NCBI GenBank assembly: GCA_964362195.1
Contig: CAYICZ010000004.1
Coordinates: forward strand, 1-47,933
From: an uncultured Gammaproteobacteria bacterium
GTDB taxonomy: Bacteria > Patescibacteriota > Microgenomatia > Daviesbacterales > UBA10151
Reading direction: 5' to 3'
Length of the DNA stretch: 47,933 bases
Part shown: in pieces, positions 45,265 to 47,933 of the stretch
How the letters are laid out: each line of letters begins with the position of its first letter
How positions within the stretch are numbered: position 1 is the first letter of the stretch
Made by a program: the position numbers and the translations under genes
Notes under the pieces: model-generated
Seen by the model: the letters and a program-made list of their open reading frames with translations, nothing else
Told to the model about the DNA's origin: nothing
Database searches by the model: none

Positions 45265-46624
45265 GCTTTACAATTTTTTATCTCATAAAATAGAAGACTT
45301 TGAACCAATAAATCCACCTAAAGTTGGTTTTTATAGCTGTGGTCCTACAACTTATGATTTTGTACATATTGGCAATCTAAGGACTTTTATATTTGAAGAT
45401 ATTTTGCAAAGAGTACTGGAGATAGAGGGTTTTGAAGTTAAAAGAGTCATGAATATCACGGATATAGATGACAAGATAATAAAAGGGGCAAGGGAAAAGG
45501 GGGAAGAGATAAGTGAATTTTCAAAGCCTTATGAGCATGCTTTTATGCTGGATTTAGATAAACTTAATATCAAATATGCAAATGTTTTTCCTAAAGCAAC
45601 AGAGCATATAGGACATATGATCAAATATATTGAGGAGTTAATTGAAAAAGGCCTAGCTTATGTGGAAAAAGACGGATCTGTATATTTTGATATTTCAAAG
45701 TTTCCAGATTACGGGAGATTGTCTGGAGTTGATAAAAGGGAGCTAAAAACTGGAACAAGAGTTTTATCAGATGAATATACAAAAGATAATGTTTCAGATT
45801 TTGCTTTATGGAAAGCAGTTACTCCCGATGAAGTTGGGTATGATTCACCCTGGGGAAGAGGCAGGCCCGGCTGGCATATTGAATGTTCTGTGATGAGCCA
45901 GGAATATTTAGGGATTACATTTGATATTCATGCTGGCGGGGTGGATTTAATATTTCCTCATCATGAAAATGAAATTGCTCAATCCGAGGGAAAAACATCT
46001 CACAAATTTGTAAACTTTTTTGTGGAAGGTGAACACTTATTAGTGGATGGCCAAAAAATGGCCAAGTCATCAGGAAATTTTTACAAGTTGAAAGACCTGG
46101 AAGATAAAAACTTTGATCCGTTTGCACTCAGATACCTTTGCTTAACAGCACATTATAGAGATAAACTTAATTTTACTTGGGAATCATTAGGCTCGGCACA
46201 AAATGCTTTGAATAATTTAAGAGAGCAAATCAGGGGTTGGGAAGTGTCTTCCGGCTTGTCAGAACAAGCTAATCTTCAAGATAACCCATTTTGGCAGAAG
46301 TTTGCCCAGGCTGCCAGAAATGATTTAAATATGCCACAAGCTGTTGGGGTGCTTTGGGAAATGGTACACAGTGATGATTCCATTTCTTCAAAAGCAAAAG
46401 TAATTTTAGAGATGGATAAAATTTTGGGACTAAACTTAAATGATTATTTAGGTAAATCGATTGAGGTACCTAAAGAAGTTATGGAGTTGATTGAAAAACG
46501 CGAAAATGTTAGAAAAAAAGGTGATTTTACTGCGTCGGATATAATTCGCAAGAAAATTAATGCAGCAGGTTATGAAATTGAAGATACTCCATCTGGACCA
46601 AAGGTAAAGTCGGTGGTAAACTAA
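45257..46624 (+). CDS. cysS: Cysteine--tRNA ligase
   Basis: CGPT, HIGN, PGWHIECS, HHENE, KMAKS. Confidence 0.97.
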   Translation: MVKLYNFLSHKIEDFEPINPPKVGFYSCGPTTYDFVHIGNLRTFIFEDILQRVLEIEGFEVKRVMNITDIDDKIIKGAREKGEEISEFSKPYEHAFMLDLDKLNIKYANVFPKATEHIGHMIKYIEELIEKGLAYVEKDGSVYFDISKFPDYGRLSGVDKRELKTGTRVLSDEYTKDNVSDFALWKAVTPDEVGYDSPWGRGRPGWHIECSVMSQEYLGITFDIHAGGVDLIFPHHENEIAQSEGKTSHKFVNFFVEGEHLLVDGQKMAKSSGNFYKLKDLEDKNFDPFALRYLCLTAHYRDKLNFTWESLGSAQNALNNLREQIRGWEVSSGLSEQANLQDNPFWQKFAQAARNDLNMPQAVGVLWEMVHSDDSISSKAKVILEMDKILGLNLNDYLGKSIEVPKEVMELIEKRENVRKKGDFTASDIIRKKINAAGYEIEDTPSGPKVKSVVN

Positions 46625-46630
46625 ATTCTT

Positions 46631-47290
46631 GTGGAAGATAATATTGTAACTATTGACGGGCCAACCTCAAGCGGCAAAAATTCAGTCGGATTTTTACTTT
46701 CCAAAAAATTAGGCTATCAATATATTGATACTGGAATGATTTATCGCGCCGGCTGTTTTAAAATGCTAAAACAAAATGTTTCTTCCCAAGATCTTGAAAA
46801 AATCCTGGAAATATATAGAAATTTAGATATAAAATTTGAAACCAATGATCATTGGAGAATGTTTTTAGATGGAATAGATGTAACTGATTTTCTGCATACG
46901 CCTGAGATTTCAAGATTAGTTCCCATTGTTTCTGCAAAGCCGCAGGTAAGACAGGCTATGAGGGAAATTCAAAAAAGACTGGGGGCAAACGGAAAAATTG
47001 TGATGGGTGGGCGGGATATTGGTTCTGAGATTTATCCTCAGGCAAAGTATAAATTTTTCCTGACAGCAACTCCAGAGGTCCGGGCCCGGAGAAGATTTAA
47101 GCAATTAATCCAAAAAAATCCAAGTATTAAATATGAGGATGTGTTAAAAGATATGGAAAATAGAGATCAGCAGGATATAACAAGGGAAGCCTCACCTTTG
47201 CGGGTGCCAAAAGATGCCATTACAATTGATAATTCTAATTTGAGTATTGAACAGACAGTTGATGAAATGTTGAAACATATAAATGCATAA
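46631..47290 (+). CDS. cmk: Cytidylate kinase
   Basis: TIDGPTSSGK, DTGMIYR, GRDIG, RARRR, RD..D..R.ASPL. Confidence 0.95.
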   Translation: MEDNIVTIDGPTSSGKNSVGFLLSKKLGYQYIDTGMIYRAGCFKMLKQNVSSQDLEKILEIYRNLDIKFETNDHWRMFLDGIDVTDFLHTPEISRLVPIVSAKPQVRQAMREIQKRLGANGKIVMGGRDIGSEIYPQAKYKFFLTATPEVRARRRFKQLIQKNPSIKYEDVLKDMENRDQQDITREASPLRVPKDAITIDNSNLSIEQTVDEMLKHINA

Positions 47291-47933
47291 GATCTCTACT
47301 TTAAAAAATGGGTTGACTTTAATAACAGTGGATTTGCCCCATTTGGATTCTGTCACAACCTTAGTAGCAGTTGGGGCAGGGTCAAGATATGAAACACGGA
47401 ATATAAATGGGATATCCCATTTTCTGGAACACATGTTTTTTAAAGGTTCACACAAATTTCCAACAGCTGAACAGATTTCAAATTTAATTGATGGGATTGG
47501 AGCTATAAATAATGCTGCCACCAGCAAAGAAGTAACCTATTATTGGATAAAATCAGCAGGAAAACATATTGAACTGGCTTGCGATATTTTATCTTCAATG
47601 ATTAAAGAGTCCCTTTTATCTAAAGAAGAAATTGAAAGAGAAAAAGGGGTAATTGTGGAAGAACTTAGGATGCTCCGCGATATTCCATCGCGTGTAGTTT
47701 GGGATCTTTATGAAAGGTTGCAATTTGGGAATCAACCTTTAGGTTGGGATTTGGGCGGGGATGAAAAAACAATAAATTCATTTGTTAGGGATGATTTTGT
47801 AAAATATATGGAATCTTTGTATTCCCCTAAAAATATGGCTTTAGTTTTTGCAGGTAAATTGCCCAATGATATTGAAGAGTTGGCTGAAAAATATTTTCTG
47901 GATCTTCCAGTAAAACCGCAGTCTAAATTCACT
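47283..47933 (+). CDS. M16 family zinc peptidase, runs off the window (absent from the ORF track)
   Basis: ATG 47283: MHKISTLKNGLTLI...GAGSRYE...GISHFLEHMFFKG...NAATS...ERE; HxxEH motif. Confidence 0.93.
   Translation, partial: MHKISTLKNGLTLITVDLPHLDSVTTLVAVGAGSRYETRNINGISHFLEHMFFKGSHKFPTAEQISNLIDGIGAINNAATSKEVTYYWIKSAGKHIELACDILSSMIKESLLSKEEIEREKGVIVEELRMLRDIPSRVVWDLYERLQFGNQPLGWDLGGDEKTINSFVRDDFVKYMESLYSPKNMALVFAGKLPNDIEELAEKYFLDLPVKPQSKFT

Noticed and set aside
1-47933. CRISPR array, prophage, integron or IS element
   Set aside because: No repeat-spacer array and no recognisable cas, integrase, transposase or phage structural gene; any att site at the tRNA 3' end would lie outside the window.
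1-47933. Alternative genetic code (TGA as Gly or Trp)
   Set aside because: Conserved genes such as thyA, pyrG, frr and def end at TGA at the expected lengths.

Overview
A gene-dense, AT-rich core-genome window, inferred from gene content to come from a CPR/Patescibacteria bacterium of Microgenomates type (standard code 11). It carries a partial tRNA-Thr, def/fmt, rpmB, an mreB...mreCD-mrdA locus split by a pyrD/pyrC/pyrE/pyrF block, dprA, a membrane-anchored Clp-type ATPase, topA, a pyrG-tmk-dcd-dut-like-thyA-folA cluster, rpsB-tsf-frr-rseP, proS, tig, HIT, rpsU, yqeY, ybeY, dnaX, glyA, folD, ybaB, recR, cysS, cmk and a partial M16 peptidase, with orphan genes interspersed. No integrase, transposase, CRISPR array or rRNA is seen. 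The unusual signals lie below gene scale. (1) At least eight period-7 tracts occur, seven of them in frame inside six genes; one 29-mer is identical in two unrelated genes and encodes the same peptide (TINDKRLTI). (2) A family of small GA-internal-loop palindromes is also translated in frame. (3) Two orphan cassettes are each flanked by a stranded 27-bp copy of the neighbouring gene's terminus (fmt 3' end, pyrD 5' end) that differs mainly at synonymous sites, suggesting integrase-free terminus-replacing insertion. (4) Promoter architecture is pervasively leaderless. Protein family calls come from motif recognition only; no database searches were run.
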